64,000 nucleotides of DNA. Source: a virus (lineage: Duplodnaviria; Caudoviricetes). A program made the translations under genes and the position numbers. This document shows, in pieces, positions 45,188-54,551 of this stretch. The stretch is taken from the IMG/VR virus record IMGVR_UViG_3300030090_002325, positions 2,067 through 66,066 of that record; one strand, written 5' to 3'. Below the pieces are notes generated by a model. That model was given only the letters and a program-made list of their open reading frames with translations, had not been told where the DNA came from and ran no database searches. Numbering within the stretch: the stretch's first letter is position 1; each line of letters opens with the position of its first letter.

Positions 45188-45625
45188 CTATATTTCTTTC
45201 CAGTCCGGTGTTTGGTCTGTATCTATTATAATCCAATTAGGGTCACTAATAATAGGTGCAACCCCTTGTATAGTAGCAGATCCTGTTACTAACCTGCTAA
45301 CCATATTTGTTACAACAGGCGCTTCACTACTTAATGCCACTGTCCCTATTAATGTAGTTATCTTTCTAGGGTATATATCTGGTACTAACCCACCAATACT
45401 TACATCAAGTGTATCTGGTACTATATCTAATTTATTAGTTACAGTAGGTGCTACACCAGCTAATGCTAAAGCTCCCACTGCAGGGGCAGCAATATCCCCA
45501 GAAAGTACTGTAGGTGCTGCACTGGCAATAGCCAATGCCCCAACAACACCATTACTAGCTAATCCTCGCCCCCAAGGACCAGAACTCCAAGTTCCTCTAT
45601 CCCAACCTGCAGTTTGAACAGCCAT
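45188..45625 (-). CDS. Virion structural protein
   Basis: GWDRGTWSSGPWG N-terminus; Val/Thr/Gly-rich; W..I C-terminus. Confidence 0.65.
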   Translation of the reverse strand: MAVQTAGWDRGTWSSGPWGRGLASNGVVGALAIASAAPTVLSGDIAAPAVGALALAGVAPTVTNKLDIVPDTLDVSIGGLVPDIYPRKITTLIGTVALSSEAPVVTNMVSRLVTGSATIQGVAPIISDPNWIIIDTDQTPDWKEI

Positions 45626-45634
45626 TTTTACTCC

Positions 45635-46093
45635 TTAAGTTAGAGTAAATATGCCGGTAGCAGCTGGTATAATTGTTAAAGTATTAGGCGACGTTACAGT
45701 AAAATTAGAACTTGATAATTGGCAAAAACATAATAATTTACCCGCTCCAGAGCCTGTAGAATTACGTATAATCGCAAATTTAATATCTGCTAAATTAGCG
45801 CCTGACGCAGTAAAAGTAAGTCCTGTAGTGGTTTGAGTAAATTTCATTTGTTTAGCCGAAGCCCCAGTTACCCATTGAGCTGTAGCAGGTACAAGATTTC
45901 TACCACCCGCTGCATACCCACCAGCAGTGGCTATTTCGTTAGTAACAGAAGCATAAGTACTTAATGTAAAAGTAGACGCATTACTACTAGCTGAAGCTAA
46001 AACCATTTTAAATACCCCAGCGCCTAATGTAATCGTGCCATTACCAATATATTTTTTTGCACTATTGTAAAGTTGCCATGCTGATGCGGCCAT
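45635..46093 (-). CDS. Virion structural protein, paralog of 47518-47967
   Basis: FKMVL...NEIATAGGYAAGGRNL. Confidence 0.7.
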   Translation of the reverse strand: MAASAWQLYNSAKKYIGNGTITLGAGVFKMVLASASSNASTFTLSTYASVTNEIATAGGYAAGGRNLVPATAQWVTGASAKQMKFTQTTTGLTFTASGANLADIKFAIIRNSTGSGAGKLLCFCQLSSSNFTVTSPNTLTIIPAATGIFTLT

Positions 46094-46096
46094 TTC

Positions 46097-47518
46097 TTAA
46101 ATCTCCTTAATATCGTTGTATGATGCGCCCATTTCTAAAATATGATGAAGTAATCCCCCATATATTTCTAGTTCAATTTCTTCGCCTAAAACTCTGATTA
46201 AATTAATAAACTCTTGGGCTTGTGAAATCATCCAAGGGTTACAGTAATAAATTTTCCCGCCCACGTTAACAGGAAGTACTGTATCACCATCATTCTCTTT
46301 TTGTTCATATGCATGGTGTGTTTCATTATCTAAGCATGAATCACACCCAAATAAATGAAATCTTTTATAACCTAACATTCTAAACAAAGGAATGGCTCTA
46401 AGCAAAACTGTTGATCCACCTGGAATATGCCACCATTGTTCACTTTGTTTATTTAATATATCACTAACTAATTCTGCGCCTGTATGCCATATATATGTCC
46501 TATCCTTAGGAAGCCCCTCAAATACTGAAGGGTGGCATTGGGAAGCTATAAAATATTTACAATCATCTATAACCGGTTTACAAAATCGTGCATTAAATGG
46601 TCTAGCATCTACCATAACCATAGCAGAAGGCTTTATATCCTTATCAATGCACCATTTATAAGCCCCATTTATAGTAATGAGTTTAACACCGTCAGCTCTT
46701 AACTGTCTAATTTTTTCAGTATAATTCTCTAGACTGGGCCCACCGCCTACAATCATTACATCTATATCGTTGGTAGGATAAGGCTTAGCTTGTTGAAACC
46801 CTAAACCTATATTATGTTTTATATTCGCTTTTATTTCTTCATCTGCTGTATTAATTATGCCTATATCTACAATATCAGCCCCATCAACCCATGCTGTAAC
46901 ATAAAAGCAACAAACCCCATCAGATTCATGCGACCAATGAATAATACATTGTCTGTCATTAAATTTTTGAAGCCACCATTCATATGGATAGACACTCAAA
47001 TGTAATTTATACCCAAAATGTTTACCCATGACATCATCTTTAGTAGATATTTGAAAAAATACATGTTGGCAAGCGTTGAGACAATTATCCAATACTTGGT
47101 CCACATGATGAGGTCTAATATGCTCCATTACATCTGTACAAAACCCATAAGCTGCTTTGACAGGTAGGGGTTCCGTTAGGTCACATTGTTTAAATCTTAA
47201 AGTATGACTTTGAGTTTCAAGCATGGGGATAATTTCTTCATCTAAACAATTATCTGCAAAATCTACTAACGTTACATCTAATCCTCCAAAGATAGCCAAA
47301 TTCAAACCACCTCGACCAGTACCACATCCTAAATCTATTAAAGAAGAACCTTGTCGTGGTTTAGCTATATTTAAAAATTCGTGATATATACCCTCCCCAG
47401 GAGAAACAATACGGTATTCATCTTTCTCCCACAGCATTTTATATAATTCTTTTTCTGAAGGGCGTTTATTATCTATATTAACTTGAGGAGGATCAGAAAT
47501 TACGGAGGAATCAGTCAT
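46097..47518 (-). CDS. SAM-dependent methyltransferase fused to a DUF115/MptE/Maf-like domain
   Basis: IDLGCGTGRG and CTDVMEHI; then IVGGGPSL, TINGAY, GGSTV, HLFGCDS. Confidence 0.8.
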   Translation of the reverse strand: MTDSSVISDPPQVNIDNKRPSEKELYKMLWEKDEYRIVSPGEGIYHEFLNIAKPRQGSSLIDLGCGTGRGGLNLAIFGGLDVTLVDFADNCLDEEIIPMLETQSHTLRFKQCDLTEPLPVKAAYGFCTDVMEHIRPHHVDQVLDNCLNACQHVFFQISTKDDVMGKHFGYKLHLSVYPYEWWLQKFNDRQCIIHWSHESDGVCCFYVTAWVDGADIVDIGIINTADEEIKANIKHNIGLGFQQAKPYPTNDIDVMIVGGGPSLENYTEKIRQLRADGVKLITINGAYKWCIDKDIKPSAMVMVDARPFNARFCKPVIDDCKYFIASQCHPSVFEGLPKDRTYIWHTGAELVSDILNKQSEQWWHIPGGSTVLLRAIPLFRMLGYKRFHLFGCDSCLDNETHHAYEQKENDGDTVLPVNVGGKIYYCNPWMISQAQEFINLIRVLGEEIELEIYGGLLHHILEMGASYNDIKEI

Positions 47519-47967
47519 TATTCAATCCTTATAATAGCGCTGGAAGAATTAGCAGTGGGAAATTCTATAGCTAATGTTTGATTATTAGTTGTTTTAGTAT
47601 TACCAAAATCTAAAACAGCTACCGCTTTATCACTTTGGGTACTGTTATAAATTAAAGCACCTCTAGCTGATATAGTAGAACCAGTCCATGAAGTAGGGCT
47701 AAAACTTAAAAACGCAGTAGTATCAGTTGACGTAGGAACTTGTGAAACAGTAAGTGTATTACCCCCCGCAGTATAGCCAGTTCCAGAAACTTCATTAGAA
47801 GCACTATACGCTGTTGTAGTGGCGCTTAAATCCGCATCTGAAGTATATAAAGCTATTTTAAAAGTATCTGCTGTTGTAGCAGCACGTACTACTCCAGTGC
47901 CAAAATTATGTATACCATTAAGTAAATCTACTTTAAAACTTGTAGTTTGTGTTTGAACAATAGCCAT
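47518..47967 (-). CDS. Virion structural protein
   Basis: TSFKVDLL...FKIALYT...NEVSGTGYTAGG...ARGALIYN...VLDFG. Confidence 0.8.
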   Translation of the reverse strand: MAIVQTQTTSFKVDLLNGIHNFGTGVVRAATTADTFKIALYTSDADLSATTTAYSASNEVSGTGYTAGGNTLTVSQVPTSTDTTAFLSFSPTSWTGSTISARGALIYNSTQSDKAVAVLDFGNTKTTNNQTLAIEFPTANSSSAIIRIE

Positions 47968-47971
47968 TTAT

Positions 47972-48622
47972 TTACGCCCTTTGAGAACGAGGAACCGGAA
48001 TCCTCACTTGCCCACTACGATAAGCATCGCGTCTATTTTTACCCTCTCCTAGACCTTTTAATTCTTCGAGAGCTTCTGCATATCTTTCTCTATATTGATT
48101 AGTTATTTCATCATTCTCTTTTAGGTACGCAGCCGCTTCCAACAACGATCCATAAAATAAAATGGTGTCGAAATTATCACCCAACCAAGAAGTACTAGCA
48201 GTAACAATAGAGTCAGGATAGAAATAATAATGTAGCTCAGCACTGTAGACAATGTCTGGCGTAGGTCCCAATATGAACGTCGTGTCATCAAATATCGCAT
48301 AGTATTGTGGTTTTCCATTAAAAGTTGTATCAGTATCCGGAAAAGATTCTCTGATAAAATTAACATCTTTGTTTAAAAGATAAGTATGCTCATTATTAGC
48401 ATCTATAACAGATAAACTATAGGTTGATAACCAATCAGTAGGGACTTCTAAAAATTTATTATTAGCAGAAATAGTACCAGTTACATTTTTTCTTATATCT
48501 GGTATTTGAACAGCATTATATATACGCTGCTCCGCATTCTTAATAAATGTATTTACATCAGTAGTCGTATATTCGTTTTCCGTATACGAATTGATAGCCG
48601 CTACTAATTCTGTGTAGTTCAT
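47972..48622 (-). CDS. Head-tail adaptor / tail tubular protein
   Basis: MNYTEL...FI.NAEQRI...GKPQYYA...GPTPD...YGSLLEA. Confidence 0.75.
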   Translation of the reverse strand: MNYTELVAAINSYTENEYTTTDVNTFIKNAEQRIYNAVQIPDIRKNVTGTISANNKFLEVPTDWLSTYSLSVIDANNEHTYLLNKDVNFIRESFPDTDTTFNGKPQYYAIFDDTTFILGPTPDIVYSAELHYYFYPDSIVTASTSWLGDNFDTILFYGSLLEAAAYLKENDEITNQYRERYAEALEELKGLGEGKNRRDAYRSGQVRIPVPRSQRA

Positions 48623-48624
48623 AT

Positions 48625-48768
48625 TTACGCCATTGGTCCTCTAGCTTTATTACCTTTAGTAGCTGCTCCATTTCCTCGTGTTTTAATTCCTGAGGTTTTA
48701 ATATCCTTTTCTGGATAACCTGCTACATGAGGAACTTTAGTTTTTTGTGGTTGCACATATTTTGTCAT
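48625..48768 (-). CDS. Small basic virion peptide, 47 aa
   Basis: Read by eye: MTKYVQPQ...KTRGNGAATKGNKARGPMA; AGGAGA RBS. Confidence 0.7.
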   Translation of the reverse strand: MTKYVQPQKTKVPHVAGYPEKDIKTSGIKTRGNGAATKGNKARGPMA

Positions 48769-48784
48769 TTAATATCTCCTTAGT

Positions 48785-49153
48785 TTATGTTATTGATATA
48801 GTAACACTTCCTACTTTACCTTCTGCTACTAAATCATTAGGGGTAAGCTCATTAGCTGGACTAGCTGCTCCACCAACAGGATTCCACCCCCATTGTATAC
48901 CCCTACTACTTTTACCACCTTTTACACTTAAACTTGTATCAGGTCTTGGATCTTGTACTGCTTGAGGATCATCTACTGGATACATCCCCTGCATATTCTG
49001 TGGTTGATCAGGATTCCAACATTCAGGACACACCTTGATATTAGTCTGCGTTTTTCTTATAAATAAACTCTTAAGTTGTTTAAGTTTAAATTCAAATCCA
49101 CATCTATCACAAATGGCTATAGAGTTTTTATTTGAAGCAAATTTTTGTCCCAT
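48785..49153 (-). CDS. Conserved zinc-binding phage protein
   Basis: CDRCG...VCPECW...PQ...DPRPD. Confidence 0.8.
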   Translation of the reverse strand: MGQKFASNKNSIAICDRCGFEFKLKQLKSLFIRKTQTNIKVCPECWNPDQPQNMQGMYPVDDPQAVQDPRPDTSLSVKGGKSSRGIQWGWNPVGGAASPANELTPNDLVAEGKVGSVTISIT

Positions 49154-49161
49154 ATTAAGAC

Positions 49162-49842
49162 CTACACAAATTGTTGCCTTGGTGATATAAGCAGAGTAGC
49201 TTTTTCCCTATCTTCAGTAGAAGCTAACATCCATTGTTCTTCATAATCTTGTTTTAAAAACTGAGTTCTTTCTCCAGCACCGGGTATTTTTAGAGATAGA
49301 TAATATGCTAATCCTGCTACCAAACAAGGTAAAAATCTAAAAGGTACTTCTTGAGTATTAACACCTGTACCAGAATCTTCAATTCTTTTCATTCTCCAAT
49401 ACACAAAAGTATAATCATCATTATCAGGAACAGGCCATAAAGTAATAGTAGGAGTATCTGTTTTTCTATCTATATAAACCTGATTAGGACGACCTGAACT
49501 ATTTTTATTGGGTATAGATGCAAATGTAGGAACAGCCATTCTAGATATACTAATATCTTCTTGTGTACCTGCAGAGCCGGTTCTAATAACCTGACTCACT
49601 AAATCAATAGTGTTAGAAGGTAAGGGGTAAGTAGCTGTTCCATCAGTTAAAGTAATTGTGTTTTCTTCTATAGTCCATAAATTAACACCCCTATTAGCCC
49701 ATTCAATAGTTAATAAATTAAGACTACGTGCAGCTGTTTTTAAATCATAGCCAGTACGCAATTCTGCGCCACAACGCTCAAACGCTTCTTCTACAAGTAA
49801 GTTTAAATCTAAATTAAAGGCTGTTGTTCCTGAAGTAGCCAT
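49162..49842 (-). CDS. Head-tail connector / tail tubular protein
   Basis: EEAFERCG...WANRGVNLWT...GRP...LWPVPD...RFLPCLVAGLAYY. Confidence 0.75.
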   Translation of the reverse strand: MATSGTTAFNLDLNLLVEEAFERCGAELRTGYDLKTAARSLNLLTIEWANRGVNLWTIEENTITLTDGTATYPLPSNTIDLVSQVIRTGSAGTQEDISISRMAVPTFASIPNKNSSGRPNQVYIDRKTDTPTITLWPVPDNDDYTFVYWRMKRIEDSGTGVNTQEVPFRFLPCLVAGLAYYLSLKIPGAGERTQFLKQDYEEQWMLASTEDREKATLLISPRQQFV

Positions 49843-49843
49843 C

Positions 49844-52558
49844 TTATGCCCTCTTTCTGTTCATATTTCTAAAAGTTGTGGCTAGGTTATACCTTTTAGA
49901 CCCTGGAGGACAAGAGGAACTGCCATATTTTTCCCCAGTACATACCCCTTCAGTGCCTTTTTTCTTTATCCGAGACCTAACTTTTTGTATCCAATTCTTA
50001 TCTACAGAGCCGCCTTTCTTAAATGGAGCTATTTTTCTTGGGTGAACCTTTAAAGTATGCCCCTGTTTAATAAGAAATTTTACTGCGTCTGGTCTTGACA
50101 TATGACTAGCAAGTTCCGAAATATCTTCACTAAGTTTTTTTGCACCTTGTTTTGGGCCTTCAGGGTGAAATCTAATATAGGAACGTATACTCGCTATTTC
50201 ACTTGGCTTAAGTTTTGCATATTCTTCTGGGGAAAATTCAAGAGCTATTTTCCTAAATTCTTCTCTTGCTCGCTTAGCTTTTCTCAGCGCCTGACTTTTA
50301 GTTTCACCTCTGTAACTTTTTGTGTAATCCATAGGTTTATCAGGAGCACCCGTGTCCCACCATTCTTTAGGTTTTTTAATTTCATCTAGCCTTTCTTGTT
50401 GTTTGGTTAAACTTTTAAATCCTTGCCCTTTTGGTGATGTGGCAACAAAATTTTTATTGAGCAAAACCAATCTTTCCATTGGTGGTAGTTTTCTAAAATC
50501 TGCTGTAGTCATTTTAGTTTCATCGTCAAGAGTCGTAAATTCATCTTCAAGAATAGCTTTGCGACGAGTTTTAGCATGTCTTCCAGCTGCACTGCGTATG
50601 GGAACACCAGTAGGGGAGATGCCCTGAGCTCTGTCTAAAGCTCCACGCTGTTCCCCCCACATCATTCCTCTAGTTCTTGGCCCAGCAAGAGCAGCAAATT
50701 CTGCTTCAGTAACCCCAGTTTGCGTTAATTCAGGAGGTATTTTATACCCCGTTTTAGGAGTAGAAACTTTAGCCCCTCCGGCCTTTGCTAATTGTAATCG
50801 TCTATTAAGCTCATTTTTTTGAAGATCGCTTAATGCATTAAACTCATCGAAAGTTAAACCTATTTGGCTGTTCGCACGATCATGAGGAGCTCCTCTAGGC
50901 CCTGCCCACATAACCTCACTTCGACCATACCTAGGGTTTTTTACGAATGCTCCCATTTTAATCTGCTCTTCTGTTGGCCCTTTAACACCTAAAAGACGTG
51001 CATCCCACGCTGCTTCACTTGCAATAACCCTCTCTGGTATTTTAACCCTTTTTGTACTACCCCAACTTGCCGGTTCGTGTGTCACACGGTAGGAAGATGT
51101 TTTAATATCCCCAGTTTTAGGGTACGCAAATTTTAATCTTCCTTGTGGATTAAGACTATAAGGAACACCGGCTAAAATATCATCTTCAGGAGTTATAGCC
51201 TCCATAGACCTTCTTGTTTGACGACCCGTTAATTCTTTCGCAAACATAGGTGCTGCGCCTTGGGCTCCTGGTGTTTCTGGTACTCCATAGGGTTTACGTG
51301 ATTCTAAGGTGTATTCAGGTAATTCTGTTCGGCCTGTACCACTCATAGTTTCATGGGCTTTAGGCGTAACATAACCTTTTCTTTCTAGTGCTTTACCCGA
51401 CCCTCTATAAATTCTTTCCCCTCCTACGACAGGCTCACCTTTCCAACCGGGGTTATAACCTTCAAACCCATATTCTTGTGGGTTATATGGTTCTTTATAT
51501 ACATCTTTAGGTAATCTACGAGGATCTCTTTGTATATCAGCTCTTACAGCAGCTGCGTTTTCTTCAATTGTTTTTAATTCCTTTTCTCTTGTCCACGCTT
51601 CTTCCATGCGTTTTCTTTTTAACCTATCTCGTTCTAAACGTCTTTTAACCTCAGCAACAGCGGATGCTTCTGAAAATTCATCTCCAGCTTTCTCGCCAAA
51701 TAAAGATCTTTGCCCTTTTAAAGCTACTAATTCATTTTGAAGCTTATCTTCTCTAGCATAAGCCTTCTGTAGTTGTTGAGTTATATTATATTTATCTGTG
51801 TCTGATAATTTGTCATCTGCTAATTTTAATTTAAGTTTTTCTATTGTGTTATTATTATTGTTAATGCTTTTTCTAAGCATACCTACTTTAGTAGCGCTAA
51901 CAGGTGCTTTTTCGGATATTACTTTAGGCGCTGTGCGAATCACTGTATCTTCACCTGGAAATAAACCAAGCTGAGTTTCAGCAGTTCTTGTCCCCATCTT
52001 ACCTGATGTAGGAACAATGGATCGTGGTTTAAGTTTGCCTTGATCAATTAGTGTAGCTATCTGCCTTTGTGTGGGTTTATCTAGTTGGCCTACGATTCCA
52101 TCGTCTATAGCTTTTTGGTAGCTTTTTCTTTGCTTTGCAGTTAACGTAAATTTTCTTGGGCTAGGACCAGATACACCTTTGACTGGTACTGGTTCATGTG
52201 TATATGCGCTCCCTTTAAACGCATCCCAACCATGAATTTTTCTATCCTCAGGTTTAAGGTAGCCAGTTTTTTGAACAAAATCATACTTTTCTTTTTTTCT
52301 GTCAGCTATCTTTTTAGCTAATATTTCAGCTTGAGATAATTCTTTTGCCTCTCCTTTTTCAAGAGCCGCTAAACGTTGCTTTACTCCCGGATCATCTCTA
52401 GTAGCTTTTTCCACCCTCTGTTTTAAAGTCTGTAAAGCTTGAGAACGTGTTAAACCTTCATCTTTTCTAAGAGACTTATATAATTTTCTACCTGATGATG
52501 ATCTTACAAACGCCGATAAAATTGCAGGAAGACCTCTAGCTATAATAGGGGCTACCAT
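49844..52558 (-). CDS. Large basic low-complexity protein, 904 aa, probably virion-internal
   Basis: Lys/Arg-rich; AGGAG RBS; C-terminal FKKGG..KNWIQ...KRYNLATTF module. Confidence 0.75.
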   Translation of the reverse strand: MVAPIIARGLPAILSAFVRSSSGRKLYKSLRKDEGLTRSQALQTLKQRVEKATRDDPGVKQRLAALEKGEAKELSQAEILAKKIADRKKEKYDFVQKTGYLKPEDRKIHGWDAFKGSAYTHEPVPVKGVSGPSPRKFTLTAKQRKSYQKAIDDGIVGQLDKPTQRQIATLIDQGKLKPRSIVPTSGKMGTRTAETQLGLFPGEDTVIRTAPKVISEKAPVSATKVGMLRKSINNNNNTIEKLKLKLADDKLSDTDKYNITQQLQKAYAREDKLQNELVALKGQRSLFGEKAGDEFSEASAVAEVKRRLERDRLKRKRMEEAWTREKELKTIEENAAAVRADIQRDPRRLPKDVYKEPYNPQEYGFEGYNPGWKGEPVVGGERIYRGSGKALERKGYVTPKAHETMSGTGRTELPEYTLESRKPYGVPETPGAQGAAPMFAKELTGRQTRRSMEAITPEDDILAGVPYSLNPQGRLKFAYPKTGDIKTSSYRVTHEPASWGSTKRVKIPERVIASEAAWDARLLGVKGPTEEQIKMGAFVKNPRYGRSEVMWAGPRGAPHDRANSQIGLTFDEFNALSDLQKNELNRRLQLAKAGGAKVSTPKTGYKIPPELTQTGVTEAEFAALAGPRTRGMMWGEQRGALDRAQGISPTGVPIRSAAGRHAKTRRKAILEDEFTTLDDETKMTTADFRKLPPMERLVLLNKNFVATSPKGQGFKSLTKQQERLDEIKKPKEWWDTGAPDKPMDYTKSYRGETKSQALRKAKRAREEFRKIALEFSPEEYAKLKPSEIASIRSYIRFHPEGPKQGAKKLSEDISELASHMSRPDAVKFLIKQGHTLKVHPRKIAPFKKGGSVDKNWIQKVRSRIKKKGTEGVCTGEKYGSSSCPPGSKRYNLATTFRNMNRKRA

Positions 52559-52571
52559 TTATAAACTCCTG

Positions 52572-53096
52572 TTAAACTAAACGGCCTTTAGTGTGACCTT
52601 GTCTAGCTATCCCATCAGCACGTTTTGAAGCTTTTGATCTACCTTGAGCGGAAGATTTATTACCAGCATAGGCTCTTTTACCGCCTTTTTTCTCCATAGC
52701 TTTGCTTTCATCACGACGATCTTTATATTTCTGCTCCTTCTTCTTACCATGACGAGCACCTAAAGATTCATCAAGACGAGAATCGTAGCCCTGTACTTTA
52801 CCGCCTTTCTTCATCTTTTGTGTTCTTTGACGAGCTCTTTCCATAGCAGTCATATCCTTGTAAACTTTCTTTTTTGGTTTCTTTTTAGTTTCTTTTTCTT
52901 CAGGTAGTCTGCTTATTAATCTACGAAAATCAACGTTTCCACCATCTTTATACATAGCTCTACCAGCAGCATCGTCTAACTGTCCTGGTCTATCAAAACC
53001 TTCAGTAGCTGTTAAGCCACGACCTCTACGATCTCTTGCAGCTGCAGCTCTACCTTCAGGTGTGTAAGGGTAATGCTTATTTCCAACTTTTGGCAT
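52572..53096 (-). CDS. Basic protein with repeated xKxGG motifs
   Basis: MPKVGNKHYPYT; MYKDGG, MKKGG; C-terminal RADGIARQGHTKGR. Confidence 0.75.
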   Translation of the reverse strand: MPKVGNKHYPYTPEGRAAAARDRRGRGLTATEGFDRPGQLDDAAGRAMYKDGGNVDFRRLISRLPEEKETKKKPKKKVYKDMTAMERARQRTQKMKKGGKVQGYDSRLDESLGARHGKKKEQKYKDRRDESKAMEKKGGKRAYAGNKSSAQGRSKASKRADGIARQGHTKGRLV

Positions 53097-53115
53097 TTTA
53101 TTTGCCTCCTTTAAA

Positions 53116-53289
53116 TTACTTACTCCGCCATCCCTGAACTGTATCGGTTTCCCAAATACGGATAGCGGTCCACACTATTGTAAAAAATGCAGCTACATGG
53201 GGGAGCCACTCTAGCAGCGTCCCCAGAACCGTAAATACTGAAGCTAAATCTACTATACTCTTTGTTTCTTCTCTCATGTGTTGCAGCAT
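53116..53289 (-). CDS. Small membrane protein (holin-like)
   Basis: Hydrophobic segment ...WLPHVAAFFTIVWTAIRIWETDTVQ. Confidence 0.6.
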   Translation of the reverse strand: MLQHMREETKSIVDLASVFTVLGTLLEWLPHVAAFFTIVWTAIRIWETDTVQGWRSK

Positions 53290-53311
53290 AGTAGTAAAGC
53301 CTATATCAATT

Positions 53312-53905
53312 CTAACCACAAAATACCGTTATTAACGCAACATTAGTTAACGTCATAATAGCAAAATCTGTGTTACTACCTCTGGTAGTTAATATACCAG
53401 CGCCAGGTATAGACATTTGTTGTGTAACAGTCGCACTAGCTGGAGTATTAACTTTTAGCAATTCTGCACCGGTAGTACTATTTAAGTTAAATACCACACT
53501 ACCTGCGCTTGAATTTCCTACATATTGAAACCCTCTGATTCTTGTGCGTGGTAAAGCTAAGGAACCTGTAGTTCCTATTTTTACATTACCAGCAGAAGCA
53601 CCATCAAAAGAAATTGATTCAATGTACGCATAAAAGTTAGTTGATGAAACGGCTCCACTATTACCTCCAGTAACTTCTTCAGTTGTAGCAGTACCTGTTA
53701 GATCACCTACTTTATGTCCAACTATAGTGAAAGTTCTAGCGCTATCATTGCCAGCGGAAGTAAACTCAATTTTATAACCTATACCATTTACACCAGCATC
53801 TTGAGTTATAAGTGTAAGAGCACCCGCGCCCGATATGGACGCATCAGCTCTGTATCTATCATCATCTGTTGAGGGCGTAATCGCCCAAACATCACTTGTG
53901 CTCAT
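53312..53905 (-). CDS. Virion structural protein
   Basis: Gly/Ser/Thr beta-rich; downstream of the capsid gene. Confidence 0.7.
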   Translation of the reverse strand: MSTSDVWAITPSTDDDRYRADASISGAGALTLITQDAGVNGIGYKIEFTSAGNDSARTFTIVGHKVGDLTGTATTEEVTGGNSGAVSSTNFYAYIESISFDGASAGNVKIGTTGSLALPRTRIRGFQYVGNSSAGSVVFNLNSTTGAELLKVNTPASATVTQQMSIPGAGILTTRGSNTDFAIMTLTNVALITVFCG

Positions 53906-53919
53906 AACAGCCTCCTATT

Positions 53920-54429
53920 TTACGTGTCAGCAAACGGAGTAGCTAGAGTACCAGAAGCTTTTAAATACGCCTCCACATGATATTCAGCACTTGCAATAGC
54001 AGTAATTCTAACTAAAGTCCCAACAATACCACCTGTAGTAGTACCATCCATAGTCATAACATCGTTAGTTGCCGCAGGGAACCAATCTTTACCAGTAGTA
54101 GCAGTAGACACTAAACTTCTTGCGAACCCAACAAATTTATCTGTACCATCTGTTAAAATATCCATATCCGTAGCTAATGTTTGTACTATAAAAGTAAATT
54201 GAGCTCCTAAATTATTAGTTTGATTAGGATCACCCGGATTACCTGGGACAGTTGCTACTATAGAAGGTAAAGTAAATTTACCGTCTGCGTCATTGGTTAA
54301 TAATATTTTACCTGCGTGATCAGCAACAGTTAAAGTTGTATCAGCTGTTAAACTAACTACACTACTGTTACCAGCGCTAATAAATCCTGCTAACGACTGA
54401 ACAGGACCTGAAAAAGTTGTTTTAGCCAT
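53920..54429 (-). CDS. Capsid-associated / decoration protein
   Basis: MAKTTFSGPV N-terminus, ATPFAD C-terminus; first gene after the MCP. Confidence 0.7.
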   Translation of the reverse strand: MAKTTFSGPVQSLAGFISAGNSSVVSLTADTTLTVADHAGKILLTNDADGKFTLPSIVATVPGNPGDPNQTNNLGAQFTFIVQTLATDMDILTDGTDKFVGFARSLVSTATTGKDWFPAATNDVMTMDGTTTGGIVGTLVRITAIASAEYHVEAYLKASGTLATPFADT

Positions 54430-54440
54430 AATTCTATTTC

Positions 54441-54514
54441 TCCATACAGAGTTTAAGCTTACTAATCTTGTATGCGTCTGCCGGGGCAGTTTAGTAAGCC
54501 GGTTCTCCCGGTTT
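54441..54514 (-). ncRNA. Structured cis-RNA downstream of the gpT-like capsid gene (candidate Mu-gpT-DE motif)
   Basis: 9-bp stem GCUUACUAA/UUAGUAAGC enclosing a CUGC/GCAG hairpin; CAUACA can pair with UGUAUG at the RBS; upstream CCGG hairpin. Confidence 0.6.
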
Positions 54515-54519
54515 GTTTA

Positions 54520-54548
54520 ATCCTACACAATTTAAAGCTTTTGCACAA
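54520..54548 (-). promoter_or_regulatory. Putative sigma70 promoter just upstream of the structured RNA
   Basis: TTGTGC, 17-nt spacer, TAGGAT on the minus strand. Confidence 0.4.
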
Positions 54549-54551
54549 CGC

